Assembly: GCA_019057795.1 (NCBI GenBank)
Contig: JAHLWS010000030.1
Location: 39,524 to 103,523, forward strand
Direction: 5' to 3'
DNA: 64,000 nucleotides
Origin: Promethearchaeota archaeon
Lineage (GTDB): Archaea; Asgardarchaeota; Lokiarchaeia; Sigyniarchaeales; SOKP01
Shown here piece after piece: positions 51,153 to 61,564 of this stretch. The notes below the pieces were generated by a model. It was given only the letters and a program-made list of their open reading frames with translations. It had not been told where the DNA came from and searched no databases. Numbering within the stretch: the stretch's first letter is position 1; each line of letters opens with the position of its first letter. The position numbers were made by a program, and so were the translations under genes.

Positions 51153-52616
51153 GTGATTGAGAAAACAAATCAAAGAGTCGTTATTCTTCTTACTATAGAT
51201 TGTTTAAGATATGACCATTTGAAATCATCTAACTATCATAGAAATACTGCGCCGAATATAGAAAATTTTATTAAAAAAGGCACATCTTTGTCACAAGCTA
51301 TTGTAAATGGTCCCGAAACCGCTTCTTCTTTTTCTTCAATATTTACTTCAATATTATCTTATTTAAATGGAGGATTTTCACCTTTACCAAATCAAAAATT
51401 AATTTTTCCCCAAATTTTAAATGAAAATAATGTTTTCAGTTATGGAATCCATAGTAATCCTAATTTAGGTAAATATTTTAATTATCATAGAGGTTTTAAC
51501 ATTTTTATTGATAATTTTACAAATGATTTAAATCCAGAAAAAATCGATAATGGAAATAGAAAAAGACCATCATTAAAAACAAATTTCTTGAAAAAAATAC
51601 AGGAGATCATTTGGAAAAAAGTTGTTGAAGATCTATTGACTAAAATTAGCAATAAAATTAATTTTGTTGACGACATAAGAAGTTGGTTATCGAATTTTAA
51701 TATAGTTCAAGAAAGAATTATGGAAATCAATCAGAAAGGATTTACAGCCTCACATATCACAAAAAAAATTATTGAGTTCCTTAAATATTATAAATCATCA
51801 AAATCATTATTTATTTGGGGGCATTTTATGGATGTTCATTGGCCTTACAATCCACTACCAAGAAATCTAATTAGAGTTGCCAATTATAATATTAGTAATA
51901 AAGAAAGGTCATTTTTGTTAAATAAAATCTTCTGGAGTTATAATGTTCCAGGGCACTATCGTGAAAATAAGCCCGCACCAAAACTTTCAATAAATTACTT
52001 AAAAAAAATTGTGGATTTATATGATGGTGCTATAAATTATGTTGATGAAAATTTAACTCGTCTTTTTCAATTCTTAATTAAAAAATATAAAAAAGATTGT
52101 TTGGTAATTATAACATCTGATCATGGAGAAGCTTTCTATGAACATGAATATTTGAACCATGGGGGTCAAGCATTTGAAGAGTTACTAAGAGTCCCCATCT
52201 ATATTGTAGAATTGGGAAATGAACCTAAAATTAATAAGATAGAAGACCAAGTTCAATTATTAGATATCGCCCCAACTATTTTGGACTATTTCCAAATTGG
52301 AGTTCCAGATTATTTTAAAGGAATTACATTATTGCCCTTGATTCATGGAAAAAAAATTCCGCGAGAAGATTTTGTGATAACCGAATCGTATAAGAAAGTG
52401 GGAAGGTTTAGAAGAAGTAGCAAATTGGGAGACAAGATACTTTCAATAAGAACAAATAATTTAAAATATATTTTTGATGAGGAATTGAAAAAAGAATATT
52501 TATTTGATTTAAAAGAAGATACACAGGAAAATAATGATTTAATTAATTCAAACACAGCTGATTTGGAACAATTGAAAAATATTAGAGATAAACATCTTAG
52601 TGAGATAAAACAATAA
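51153..52616 (+). CDS. Sulfatase-like alkaline-phosphatase-superfamily hydrolase/transferase (Thr at nucleophile position)
   Basis: LTIDCLRYD, GPETASSF, HFMDVHWPY, TSDHGE, LLDIAPT. Confidence 0.85.
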   Translation: MIEKTNQRVVILLTIDCLRYDHLKSSNYHRNTAPNIENFIKKGTSLSQAIVNGPETASSFSSIFTSILSYLNGGFSPLPNQKLIFPQILNENNVFSYGIHSNPNLGKYFNYHRGFNIFIDNFTNDLNPEKIDNGNRKRPSLKTNFLKKIQEIIWKKVVEDLLTKISNKINFVDDIRSWLSNFNIVQERIMEINQKGFTASHITKKIIEFLKYYKSSKSLFIWGHFMDVHWPYNPLPRNLIRVANYNISNKERSFLLNKIFWSYNVPGHYRENKPAPKLSINYLKKIVDLYDGAINYVDENLTRLFQFLIKKYKKDCLVIITSDHGEAFYEHEYLNHGGQAFEELLRVPIYIVELGNEPKINKIEDQVQLLDIAPTILDYFQIGVPDYFKGITLLPLIHGKKIPREDFVITESYKKVGRFRRSSKLGDKILSIRTNNLKYIFDEELKKEYLFDLKEDTQENNDLINSNTADLEQLKNIRDKHLSEIKQ

Positions 52617-52693
52617 AATGAATTAAATAAGATAACAAATGCAATTAGCTCTGTTAATTTTAAAGACCTAAAACTCTAATTCTAAGAATTAAT

Positions 52694-53824
52694 TTAAAAT
52701 TCATTTATTAACCTTTCATAAAATCTTACGATATTAATATTAAATCTATCTTCAGAGAACAATTCCGCCTTTTTCAGGGCTTCTTTACTGAATGATTTAA
52801 ATCTACTATCATCAGAAAATAATGTTTCTAAAAGAAAACCTAATGTTTTAGCGTCGTTTTTGGTTAATAACCATCCATTTTTTTTATCATCAATAGAATC
52901 TTCCATTCCAGAAACTCTTGAGGCGACAACTGGCACAGCACAAGACATCGCTAATAAGGGGACCGTAGCATGGCATTCTGATCTGGAAGGTGCTACAACT
53001 AATTTAGCACGTCGAATATAATTAGGCAGCTCGTCAAATGGAAGCCAACCAGTGAACTTAATATCCTGATTAACATCATTAGCCTGTTTCATTAAATCAT
53101 TTCTTAAGAACCCATCTCCAATTAATACAATTTTTTTTTTACATGAGAGATACTTAGTTGCATTAATTAAAATATCAGCACCTTTCTCAATAGAAAAACG
53201 CCCAATAAATAAAATATCAATGTCTTTTTGTACACTATTATCTGGGGAAAAGGTGTTTGTATCCACAGGATTATGAGTAATAAATACAGTTTCTAGTCTA
53301 GCACCATCCTTTAGAATTAATTCTTTAGAATGTTTTGATGTAGGGAATAGAAATGGCATTTTTAGAATAGCATAACGATTAGCATGTTTATAAAGCAATG
53401 TTTCCCTCCAATTATATGGATTTCCTGTTGCGATTCGATCTTTAATTAAATCATGAATCACCCATGCAGCGGGAATCTTATGCTTATTTGCAAAATGGGC
53501 AGCGGCATAGCAATAGGTTGCTCCATGAGTGATAATTAAATCGATTTTCTCTTTTTTTGAAATTGTTTTTAGAGCATAATAAGCTTGGAAAGCAAATGAT
53601 AATTCACTAGAGATCTTTCTAAATCTATAAATATAAAGAAGTCTAATTGGTTTAATAAACAGCTTTCCCTGATAATTCTTAAATGTGTGGAGATATTTTA
53701 AATGCTTCAAATCCGTTAAAACAATAACTTTATGGCCCGCGTTTAACAAGGCTTGCACTTCTTGTCTTGCCCGCATCATTACGGCACCAAGGCCAAAAAA
53801 ACTCAAACAAATTTCAATAATCAT
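52694..53824 (-). CDS. GT4 glycosyltransferase
   Basis: NPVDT, FIGRFSIEKG, PSRSECHATVPLLAM..PVVASRV. Confidence 0.88.
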   Translation of the reverse strand: MIIEICLSFFGLGAVMMRARQEVQALLNAGHKVIVLTDLKHLKYLHTFKNYQGKLFIKPIRLLYIYRFRKISSELSFAFQAYYALKTISKKEKIDLIITHGATYCYAAAHFANKHKIPAAWVIHDLIKDRIATGNPYNWRETLLYKHANRYAILKMPFLFPTSKHSKELILKDGARLETVFITHNPVDTNTFSPDNSVQKDIDILFIGRFSIEKGADILINATKYLSCKKKIVLIGDGFLRNDLMKQANDVNQDIKFTGWLPFDELPNYIRRAKLVVAPSRSECHATVPLLAMSCAVPVVASRVSGMEDSIDDKKNGWLLTKNDAKTLGFLLETLFSDDSRFKSFSKEALKKAELFSEDRFNINIVRFYERLINEF

Positions 53825-53973
53825 GATTATACAAAAATTTGATTCTCTCCAATAACTTACTCTAATAAAATGATCTTTTTTCTTAATATTTTAGTGAATT
53901 CCTTATCATTCATTTTAAAATAAAAAAATATAATGAATAATCTAATATACTAACTTTATTGAATATCTTCAAA

Positions 53974-54915
53974 TTAATGATATCTAATTCCTTTAAAATG
54001 CCCTAAGAACTTCGGTTCTCTTCTAAATTTTCTTATAATTGCGTTTATTCTTAAAATGCTTAGAATATACTCAGAAACAAAGAGTATGAAGAAAAATCTA
54101 ATTTTTTTCTTTATTCCTGTTTTAATTTTATTAATTTTGTTGAAATTTATTAAAAATAATATAAAAGGAAATGTGATTGATAAGATACTTGAAATAATTG
54201 TTAGAAAAATGATTTTTCTTCCATTTTGATGTATTTGAAAAAAAGCTGTAAACCACCGAGAATAATCCCTTATAAAATCGATTAAACAAGCAGGTCTCGG
54301 AGTAAAAACCCTGGCATCTTTAATAAATCCAATATTTATTTGATTCTTTTTTAATACCATTCCCATATAATAATCAACACCAGCAGTACTCTTATTAGTA
54401 AACAAATTATCTATACCAATATTTTCTAAAACTCTTCTTTTTAGAGTAATTGTTGATGCTCCAAATAACGAAGGTAGGTTTGCAGGATTTTTAGACCATA
54501 TTAATTTATTTATAATATAATAATCATACCAAAACCCTTTATTTATTAAGGGAAAGTAATTACAATTTACAACATCAAATTTTTTTAAAGATTTAGCAAT
54601 TTTTATCATCAAATTTGAAGATACAAGAGTATCTGCATCAATCAGAGTAATATATTCTCCTTTTGATGCGTTAATCCCTTTAATTAAAGCACCTGATTTG
54701 AAATCGCTTTTATTTTGCTTTAAAACAATTATGTTAGAGAAGTTAGGAAATTTTTGTATCTTACAGAGTTTAAAGGTTTTATCTTCTCCTCCTGCTACAA
54801 AAATAATTTCACTTAGCTTAAAAGGTAAGATTAATTTGCGGAGAGAATTACTAATTTTAGGAATTAGTTTTTCTTCATTCCATGCTGGTATTATAATTGA
54901 TATTGATGTTTTCAT
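53974..54915 (-). CDS. GT2 glycosyltransferase with C-terminal TM segments
   Basis: IIIPAWNE, LIDAD, RW motif, hydrophobic C-terminus. Confidence 0.85.
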   Translation of the reverse strand: MKTSISIIIPAWNEEKLIPKISNSLRKLILPFKLSEIIFVAGGEDKTFKLCKIQKFPNFSNIIVLKQNKSDFKSGALIKGINASKGEYITLIDADTLVSSNLMIKIAKSLKKFDVVNCNYFPLINKGFWYDYYIINKLIWSKNPANLPSLFGASTITLKRRVLENIGIDNLFTNKSTAGVDYYMGMVLKKNQINIGFIKDARVFTPRPACLIDFIRDYSRWFTAFFQIHQNGRKIIFLTIISSILSITFPFILFLINFNKINKIKTGIKKKIRFFFILFVSEYILSILRINAIIRKFRREPKFLGHFKGIRYH

Positions 54916-54933
54916 AGTTTCTTTTCATTTTCT

Positions 54934-55965
54934 CTAATGATACCATTTACGAAATCTTGGTCTTATATAACTTCTTATATTAATTATTCCAAAAACAAAA
55001 AACATCAAAGGAACAATTTTGAATGCCTTCCAATAACTAAAATTTGTCCCTAATTCAGCATTTACATTTTTAGCTTTCTTTTTCAATTCAAAATAGAATC
55101 CAATAATATAAAATATAAAAAACCCCATCCAAGGAGAAAATAAAATAAAAAGGATTATTAGAGATGAGTTCAAAAATAGAAACCAAAAAATAAATGCAAT
55201 AATAGGATAAAATAATTTAAAAAATCCTATTCCTAATAAAAATAAAAGCTTAGGAATATCCTTAAACTTAAGTTCAATAAATAAATCTCTTGCCCATCTA
55301 ACTCTATGATCAATGTATTTTTTCAAATTATCGGAATAATGTTCAGTATGAACATAAATATTACGAAAGAAGTAGAGATCTTCGCCTTTTTTATTAAATT
55401 CTATTCCCAGTATCTTGTCATCACCAGTTATAGAGACTGTTTCAAATTTTCCAATTTTGTTAAAAAAAATTTCACTTCTGAATGCCGAATTGCCACCCCA
55501 TAATTTATTTCCAATAATTACTTGACCGTCTTTAAAATTAATTAAATTATGACCAACTCTAATACGATTAAATTCAACAAGCGAATTTGTAATATGTTGG
55601 TAAGGCAGATTTAATCCTGTGATAATATTTATTCTTTTATCTTGAAAAATTTCATTTATATTTCTTAACCAGTGTTTTGGGTAGATACAATCAACATCAG
55701 TTATTATAATAATATCACCTTCAACCAGTTCTAATCCAATATTTAAACCTTCATTTTTTTTACCTTCTTTTCTCGTTAAAGCAGTTAATTTATTGGGATT
55801 TTTTGCTTGAATTTCCAATGATATTTCATAAGCTCTATCAGTTCCTCCAGCAATGCTTATAATTTGATAATTTTCATAATCATTTTGTAATATAGAATAA
55901 ATACAATTTCTTATATACTTTTCACCATTCCAAGAAGGAATCAATACTGATAACTTATAGTTCAT
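54934..55965 (-). CDS. GT2 glycosyltransferase with C-terminal TM segments
   Basis: VLIPSWNG, ITDVD, GDD, HRVRW (QxxRW-like), TM helices. Confidence 0.85.
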   Translation of the reverse strand: MNYKLSVLIPSWNGEKYIRNCIYSILQNDYENYQIISIAGGTDRAYEISLEIQAKNPNKLTALTRKEGKKNEGLNIGLELVEGDIIIITDVDCIYPKHWLRNINEIFQDKRINIITGLNLPYQHITNSLVEFNRIRVGHNLINFKDGQVIIGNKLWGGNSAFRSEIFFNKIGKFETVSITGDDKILGIEFNKKGEDLYFFRNIYVHTEHYSDNLKKYIDHRVRWARDLFIELKFKDIPKLLFLLGIGFFKLFYPIIAFIFWFLFLNSSLIILFILFSPWMGFFIFYIIGFYFELKKKAKNVNAELGTNFSYWKAFKIVPLMFFVFGIINIRSYIRPRFRKWYH

Positions 55966-55998
55966 ACCTTTAAACTTTAATTTTGAATGATTATAATA

Positions 55999-56374
55999 TT
56001 AAATTTTTTTTAATAAATTATGTAATTTAGTTGCTAAGTTCTGCGAATTAAATTCTAATAAATTAAGAAACCCTCCGTTATAATTAAATACTTCTAAAAT
56101 CTTCTCTATAAAATCTTCTGCTGTTGGATTTGCCAAGAAAAGATTTGGGAAATTTAATCTTTGAAGTTCTTCTAGATTTCGTACTTTTATTAATTTCTGG
56201 TGCAGGTAATTTCAGGCTCTCAAAAAAGATTTTTGACATAATATCGTAGTAATGTTAACATGTATGAATAAAATGAAGAGAGAATTCCAGATATTCATCA
56301 ACAATATTGATTAAAAGAGCTAATTTTATGAATTCTGGACGAGTTCCAGCAACTATCGCAACCTTGGTTAGCAT
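55999..56374 (-). pseudogene. Collapsed duplicate of the wecB-GT4 pair: wecB 5' end joined to GT4 3' end
   Basis: MLTKVAIVAGTRPEFIKLALLI..FIHTC*HYYDIMSKIFFESLKLPAPEIN, then frame-shifted NLEELQRLNFPNLFLANPTAEDF..NYNG..LATKLHNLLKKI*; the halves match the 59924 N-terminus and the 57393 C-terminus. Confidence 0.9.
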
Positions 56375-56599
56375 TATAATTTACATAAAAAAAAATCAGG
56401 TAAAATCATTAATGGACTCGTTGAATACCTAAAAATTTTATTCCAATTCACTTTTAAATTTTTATAGTATTCATAATGTTTTTATAAATTGATATAAATA
56501 AATATTTTTTAATTAATTTATTGAAATAATTAAAAGATCAAGAAACTAAATAATAATTAATAAAATATAATTACTTTTAATCTGAAAAAAAAATCGAAT

Positions 56600-57373
56600 A
56601 TGAAAGTTATAATTTTAGCTGGTGGGTGGGGAACAAGACTAGGTCGTTATACAGAATTAATTCCAAAACCAATGATAAAAATTGGAACTAAACCGATTCT
56701 ATGGCATATTATGAAAATTTATTCTTATTATGGATATAATGAATTTATTATATGCTTAGGTGTAAAAGGAGATCAAATAAAGGATTTTTTTTATAATTAT
56801 AAATTAAGAAATAGTGACTATACTATTAATTTTGCTAATGGAAAAAAAGAATACCATAAGAAGCACAGTGAGACAGATTGGAAAATAACTTTAATCGATA
56901 CTGGTCTAAACACATTAAAAGGAGGAAGAATAAAAAGAGTTGAAAAATATTTAGATCCCGAAATGAATATGCTGACATACGGAGATGGAGTTTCGGATAT
57001 AAATATCAATAAGTTAGTTGATTTTCACAAATCGCATAACAAAATCATTACAATAACAGGTGTACAAGCACCTTCTCGTTTTGGAGAGCTTATCGAAAAA
57101 GATGGAAATGTAATATCTTTTAAAGAGAAACCTCGAACATCTACTGGTTTAATTAATGGGGGTTTCATGGTTTTTAACAATAAGCTTTTAGATTACTTAA
57201 CTCCTGATAAGAACTGTGATTATGAAAAAGGGCCATTGGAAGAATTATCAAAAATGGGAGAAGTAATGGTATATAAACATGAAGGAAACTGGGAATGCAT
57301 GGATCATGAGAGAGATTTAAAATATTTAAATGATTTATGGAATAATAATCAAGCTTTTTGGAAAGTTTGGTAA
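56600..57373 (+). CDS. rfbF: Glucose-1-phosphate cytidylyltransferase
   Basis: ILAGGWGTRL, PKPM, DTGLNTLKGGRIKR, LTYGDG, INGGF, WECMD, FWKVW. Confidence 0.92.
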   Translation: MKVIILAGGWGTRLGRYTELIPKPMIKIGTKPILWHIMKIYSYYGYNEFIICLGVKGDQIKDFFYNYKLRNSDYTINFANGKKEYHKKHSETDWKITLIDTGLNTLKGGRIKRVEKYLDPEMNMLTYGDGVSDININKLVDFHKSHNKIITITGVQAPSRFGELIEKDGNVISFKEKPRTSTGLINGGFMVFNNKLLDYLTPDKNCDYEKGPLEELSKMGEVMVYKHEGNWECMDHERDLKYLNDLWNNNQAFWKVW

Positions 57374-57392
57374 AAAAAAAACTTATTTATTT

Positions 57393-58511
57393 TTAAATAT
57401 TTTTTAAGATTGCTTCAAGTTTGTTTGATAGGTATTTCCAATCATACTCCTTTAAATCTGGGAATGACCCATTATAATTTAGAGCATCTATAACTTTGTT
57501 CTGAAAATCTTGAGATGTCGGCTCAGCTAAAAAAATATTAGGAAAATTTAAACGCCGTAATTCTTCTAAATTAGTTGATACAACTGGTTTTGAAGCAGCA
57601 GTATATTCCATAACTTTTAATGGACAGGCGGAGTCATAATATCGGTTTTTTAAAGTAGGATTTAAACCTACATCGGTCATATAAAAATATTTCCTAATAT
57701 TTTCATAATCAATAAATCCCGTAAGAATAAAATCCTCTGGGTTTTTCCTTTTTAGAATATATTGTTTAATTATAGGATATCGAATTCCACCACCAACTAA
57801 TAACATTTTCGCATTTTGTACTTTTTTTTTAATTTCCGGGAAAATATCAATATAAAAAAGGGATTCAGAGATGTTAAGGCCAATAAGTGTTATGAATTTA
57901 TACTTTTTTCTTTTATTTTCATAATTATATGACTTATAAAAATCTAAATCAACGCCATTAGGTAGATATATTGCCTTTGATCTATAAGATGTTGGAATTG
58001 ATTCTATTAAAGTTTTTGATACACATAATATTTTTGTGGAATGTTTATAATAGTTTGAAAGTATTTTCGTATTTTCTATATTAGGATCAGAAAAATCGTG
58101 AAGAAAATCAACATAATCAAAAACTATTGGTATGTTAATATTAAAAGGAGGATACCCATGCAAATAATGGCTTGGTCCACAGAAAATAACCTCAATAGAG
58201 TAATCCTTTATAATTTTTTTTATTTTACTCCTAAAAATAGTATTATTTATTTTCAAAAAAGGTTTGAATCTTGTAAAGTATATATGTCTTATGTGATGAT
58301 GATAAATTCCATTTTCAAAAATGGTCCAATCCTCTAAAGAGTTGATTAAATTTTTTGGTTTAATAAAGCTCTTAATATTGTTTTGAAAAGGTTGAGTATG
58401 TTGAATAACGTGAATCTCGTGCTTTCCTTTTAGATTTTCTATTAGATGCTTATCGCGAGTTATCCCACCTCTATTTAGCCAAGTTTGATGCGGTATCCAT
58501 AGAAGATTCAT
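57393..58511 (-). CDS. GT4-like glycosyltransferase
   Basis: FDYVD, LPNGVD, CPLKVMEYTAASKPVVST, YDW. Confidence 0.85.
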   Translation of the reverse strand: MNLLWIPHQTWLNRGGITRDKHLIENLKGKHEIHVIQHTQPFQNNIKSFIKPKNLINSLEDWTIFENGIYHHHIRHIYFTRFKPFLKINNTIFRSKIKKIIKDYSIEVIFCGPSHYLHGYPPFNINIPIVFDYVDFLHDFSDPNIENTKILSNYYKHSTKILCVSKTLIESIPTSYRSKAIYLPNGVDLDFYKSYNYENKRKKYKFITLIGLNISESLFYIDIFPEIKKKVQNAKMLLVGGGIRYPIIKQYILKRKNPEDFILTGFIDYENIRKYFYMTDVGLNPTLKNRYYDSACPLKVMEYTAASKPVVSTNLEELRRLNFPNIFLAEPTSQDFQNKVIDALNYNGSFPDLKEYDWKYLSNKLEAILKNI

Positions 58512-58592
58512 GATTAATCAACTAAAAGTTTAACCTTGTTAGAATTAATGAATTAAGCTAATAAAGAATTATTATATTTTACATAAAATAAT

Positions 58593-59924
58593 TTAATTTG
58601 AATTTAAAAGAAGTTTATATTGGTTTCTAATTAATTTATGATCATATGGGAAACAAGGAGCACCTTTTACATTGAAAAGCATTTGTATTTTGACTCGATT
58701 AGCAATTTCATAATTTATAACCGTAATTGGTTCTTTTAAATGTTCAACCTCTATTAGATTTCGATTAGGAATTCTAGACCACAATTTTGATTGATCTAAA
58801 TTTAAAAGGTTTTTATTATACAGCTCCTTTATGATTTGGATAATTCTTTCCGAAGTTTTTCCATCCCCAAATGGGTTTTTTGTTGATTTTCCCTTAAGAT
58901 ATTCAGAATTTGTTTTTATTTTAAATATTTCAGACTTTAATTTATTCATGTCCATTCCAACTAAAACACTTGACCCATATTCTAAAGTTTCGGGTCTTTC
59001 GGTATTATTTCTTAGAGTTATGCATGGAACTCTCAAAATCAAAGCTTCTTCTTGAATTCCCCCCGAATCTGTAAGAACGCATAAAGATTTGGAAAAAATG
59101 CTATAGAAATCCAAATAACCCAAAGGTTCAGTTATTATAACATTTTCTAAATTTTCCAATTTATTATATAGCTTAAAATTTATGAGATTTTTTTTTGTTC
59201 GAGGATGAATTGGAAAAATAAACTGGAAATTGTTAAGGCTTTTAATAGTTTCAATAAATTTTTTTACATTTTCTCGAATATCAACATTAGCTGGACGATG
59301 TAATGTTATTAATATTATTGGTAAATTATTTTTGATATTTAATTTTTTAAATATTTTTGATTTCGTCTCCGATAATTCTCTTGTTTGTAATACTGAATCG
59401 ACAATCGTATTACCAACAATAAAAATTGACTCACGATCTACACCTTCAAAAAGTAAGTTTAAACCAGCTCTTTCCGTAGGAGCAAAGTGATACATTGAAC
59501 ATATACCTGTCACAATTCTATTAACTTCTTCAGGCATTTTTTTATCGAATGATCTGATACCCGCCTCAAGATGTAAAAAACACTTATTTAATTTTCTAGT
59601 TGCTAAAGAACTTGCTAATACTGTATTAGTATCACCTTGTGAAAGAATAATGTCTGGTTCTGTTTCTAATATAATTTTTTCTATTTCTTGCACTAGGAAT
59701 CCTATTTGGTAAGCATGAGTTCCAGAACCTACTTCTATATTAATTGCCGGATTTGGTAAATCTAAATCTTCAAAAAATTTTAAAGAAAGGTTCCTATCAT
59801 AATGTTGCCCACTATGTATTAAAATTAAATTAAATTGTCTATCCTCAACAATTAATTTAATCAAAGGAGCTAGTTTAATGAATTCTGGACGCGTTCCGGC
59901 TATAATCGCTATTCTAATTGACAT
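58593..59924 (-). CDS. wecB: Non-hydrolysing UDP-GlcNAc 2-epimerase with C-terminal extension
   Basis: GTRPEFIK, HSGQHYD, QGDTN, HLEAGIRS, PEEVNR, TDSGGIQEE, TERPE, PFGDG. Confidence 0.95.
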   Translation of the reverse strand: MSIRIAIIAGTRPEFIKLAPLIKLIVEDRQFNLILIHSGQHYDRNLSLKFFEDLDLPNPAINIEVGSGTHAYQIGFLVQEIEKIILETEPDIILSQGDTNTVLASSLATRKLNKCFLHLEAGIRSFDKKMPEEVNRIVTGICSMYHFAPTERAGLNLLFEGVDRESIFIVGNTIVDSVLQTRELSETKSKIFKKLNIKNNLPIILITLHRPANVDIRENVKKFIETIKSLNNFQFIFPIHPRTKKNLINFKLYNKLENLENVIITEPLGYLDFYSIFSKSLCVLTDSGGIQEEALILRVPCITLRNNTERPETLEYGSSVLVGMDMNKLKSEIFKIKTNSEYLKGKSTKNPFGDGKTSERIIQIIKELYNKNLLNLDQSKLWSRIPNRNLIEVEHLKEPITVINYEIANRVKIQMLFNVKGAPCFPYDHKLIRNQYKLLLNSN

Positions 59925-59972
59925 AGTTAATTTTATCTGGAATTTATTTTAAGATTCTCTTTAATTTCAAAT

Positions 59973-61142
59973 CTATTTATTTAATTGATACAAATTTAAT
60001 ATTTTTTTGGCATATTCACTAAACTTTTTAGCAATTTCTAAAAAATCATACTTTTTTGCCTCTATAATCGAATTCTTTTTCAAATTTGTTAATTCCGCTT
60101 CGTTATTTAATAGTTTTAAGATCATTTGAGAAAGATCCTCATCATTATTTATTTTAAAAGTTATTCCAGCATTACCTATTATCTCCGACATTGGTGGTTT
60201 GTTAGCACAAATGACTGGTGTACCACTTGCCATGGATTCTAAAATCACTTGTCCAAAACCTTCTAATTCTGATGGAAATACAAAGATATCACTTGAAGCG
60301 TAGAATTGCATTAACTTATCTTGAGGGATAAAACCTAAAAATGTGGTATACTTTTGTATTTTTAATTTTTTAGATAATTGCTTACAATAGTCCCACATCA
60401 TGCCTTTCCCAATCAATACTAAATGAACATTCGGAAATTTATTAACAACGTTACTCATTGCTTTTAATAATAAAGGAATTCTCTTTCTTTTCAGAAATGG
60501 TCCAACACATAATAAAATCTTACCAGAATATTTTACTCTCAATTCTTTTGATTTGCTAGAGGGATTAAATCTGTTTGTATCAATACCAACGGGAATTATC
60601 TCGATGATTTCATTTTTTATTCCATAATTGTTAATCAATTCTTTTTTTGAGAAGTCTGAAATGGTTATTATTGCCCTGAGGCTCTTGAATTGAGCTCTTT
60701 CTAAAAGATGATAAAAATTTAAAGTTAAATAATCAATCCATGTATTTACATAATCGTAATGTAAAAAAGCAGTAATTATTGGAATTTTCTTTCTTTTTGA
60801 GATATAAGGAATTCCTATAGTTAAAGGCATGAAAATTATATCGGAATCTTTATAAAATTCAAAATTCCTTTTTCTAAATGCGTTTAATCCAAATGAGATA
60901 TAATTAAAATGAAATAATGACCCAATTTTGCCAAATAAGGCTTTTGTATCCTTAATCCTTAAAATTGGAATTCCTTCATAGTTATCATATTTCTTGCTCC
61001 CATTCCAAAAGGTCGTGACAATTTTGATTTTATGACCAAGTTTCTTTAAAGGTAATGCTAAACTTTTAATATAACTTTCTACTCCGGGTAGAATCCCTTG
61101 ATTAGGATATGGAAAAACAGGTGTAATTATTGTTATGTTCAT
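59973..61142 (-). CDS. GT4 glycosyltransferase (ORF track start 61172; likely ATG 61142)
   Basis: PVFPYP..PGVE, PVGIDT, FVFPSELEGFGQVILESMASGTPVI. Confidence 0.9.
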   Translation of the reverse strand: MNITIITPVFPYPNQGILPGVESYIKSLALPLKKLGHKIKIVTTFWNGSKKYDNYEGIPILRIKDTKALFGKIGSLFHFNYISFGLNAFRKRNFEFYKDSDIIFMPLTIGIPYISKRKKIPIITAFLHYDYVNTWIDYLTLNFYHLLERAQFKSLRAIITISDFSKKELINNYGIKNEIIEIIPVGIDTNRFNPSSKSKELRVKYSGKILLCVGPFLKRKRIPLLLKAMSNVVNKFPNVHLVLIGKGMMWDYCKQLSKKLKIQKYTTFLGFIPQDKLMQFYASSDIFVFPSELEGFGQVILESMASGTPVICANKPPMSEIIGNAGITFKINNDEDLSQMILKLLNNEAELTNLKKNSIIEAKKYDFLEIAKKFSEYAKKILNLYQLNK

Positions 61143-61327
61143 ATAATACTTTAAATATTGATTAAGCTTCAAAATATATTTTATTTAGCTGGAATATAGT
61201 GTTATTGGAAAATTATTCAAATAATTAAAACTTTTAGTAGAGGATTTAAACTTATAATAAAGTAAAGAGCCTTTAATTATAATTCTAAATCTGAATTCTT
61301 TGAAAAGGGTAATTGATTATATTTATT

Positions 61328-61390
61328 CATTAATGGTACAATTTTGATAAAATTAGGTCTCGATCCTCTACTATTAAGATATTTTTTTAT
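61328..61390 (-). pseudogene. Tiny remnant of another wecB 5' end
   Basis: ILIV/GSRPNFIKIVPLM (frameshift before G) matches the WecB G(A/T)RPNFxKxAPL start motif. Confidence 0.55.
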
Positions 61391-61564
61391 TGTACATGGA
61401 GTAAATTGATAAAGCTGATATGGAATATGAAGCGTATATGCATAATTCTTAAAGACTCTTATTTCAATTCCTGAAAAATCGGTTGATTTTTTAACTCCTT
61501 TCGCAGTTACTTGCTTTAAAAAGCTATTTTTCCTAAACAATCCATAAACCTATTTAAATATTTC

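Noticed and set aside
35843-56260. Stop-codon recoding (Sec/Pyl or alternative code) to explain in-frame stops at 35843, 52614 and ~56256
   Set aside because: These stops are TAA, which terminates most genes here, and two lie in fragments that are truncated anyway
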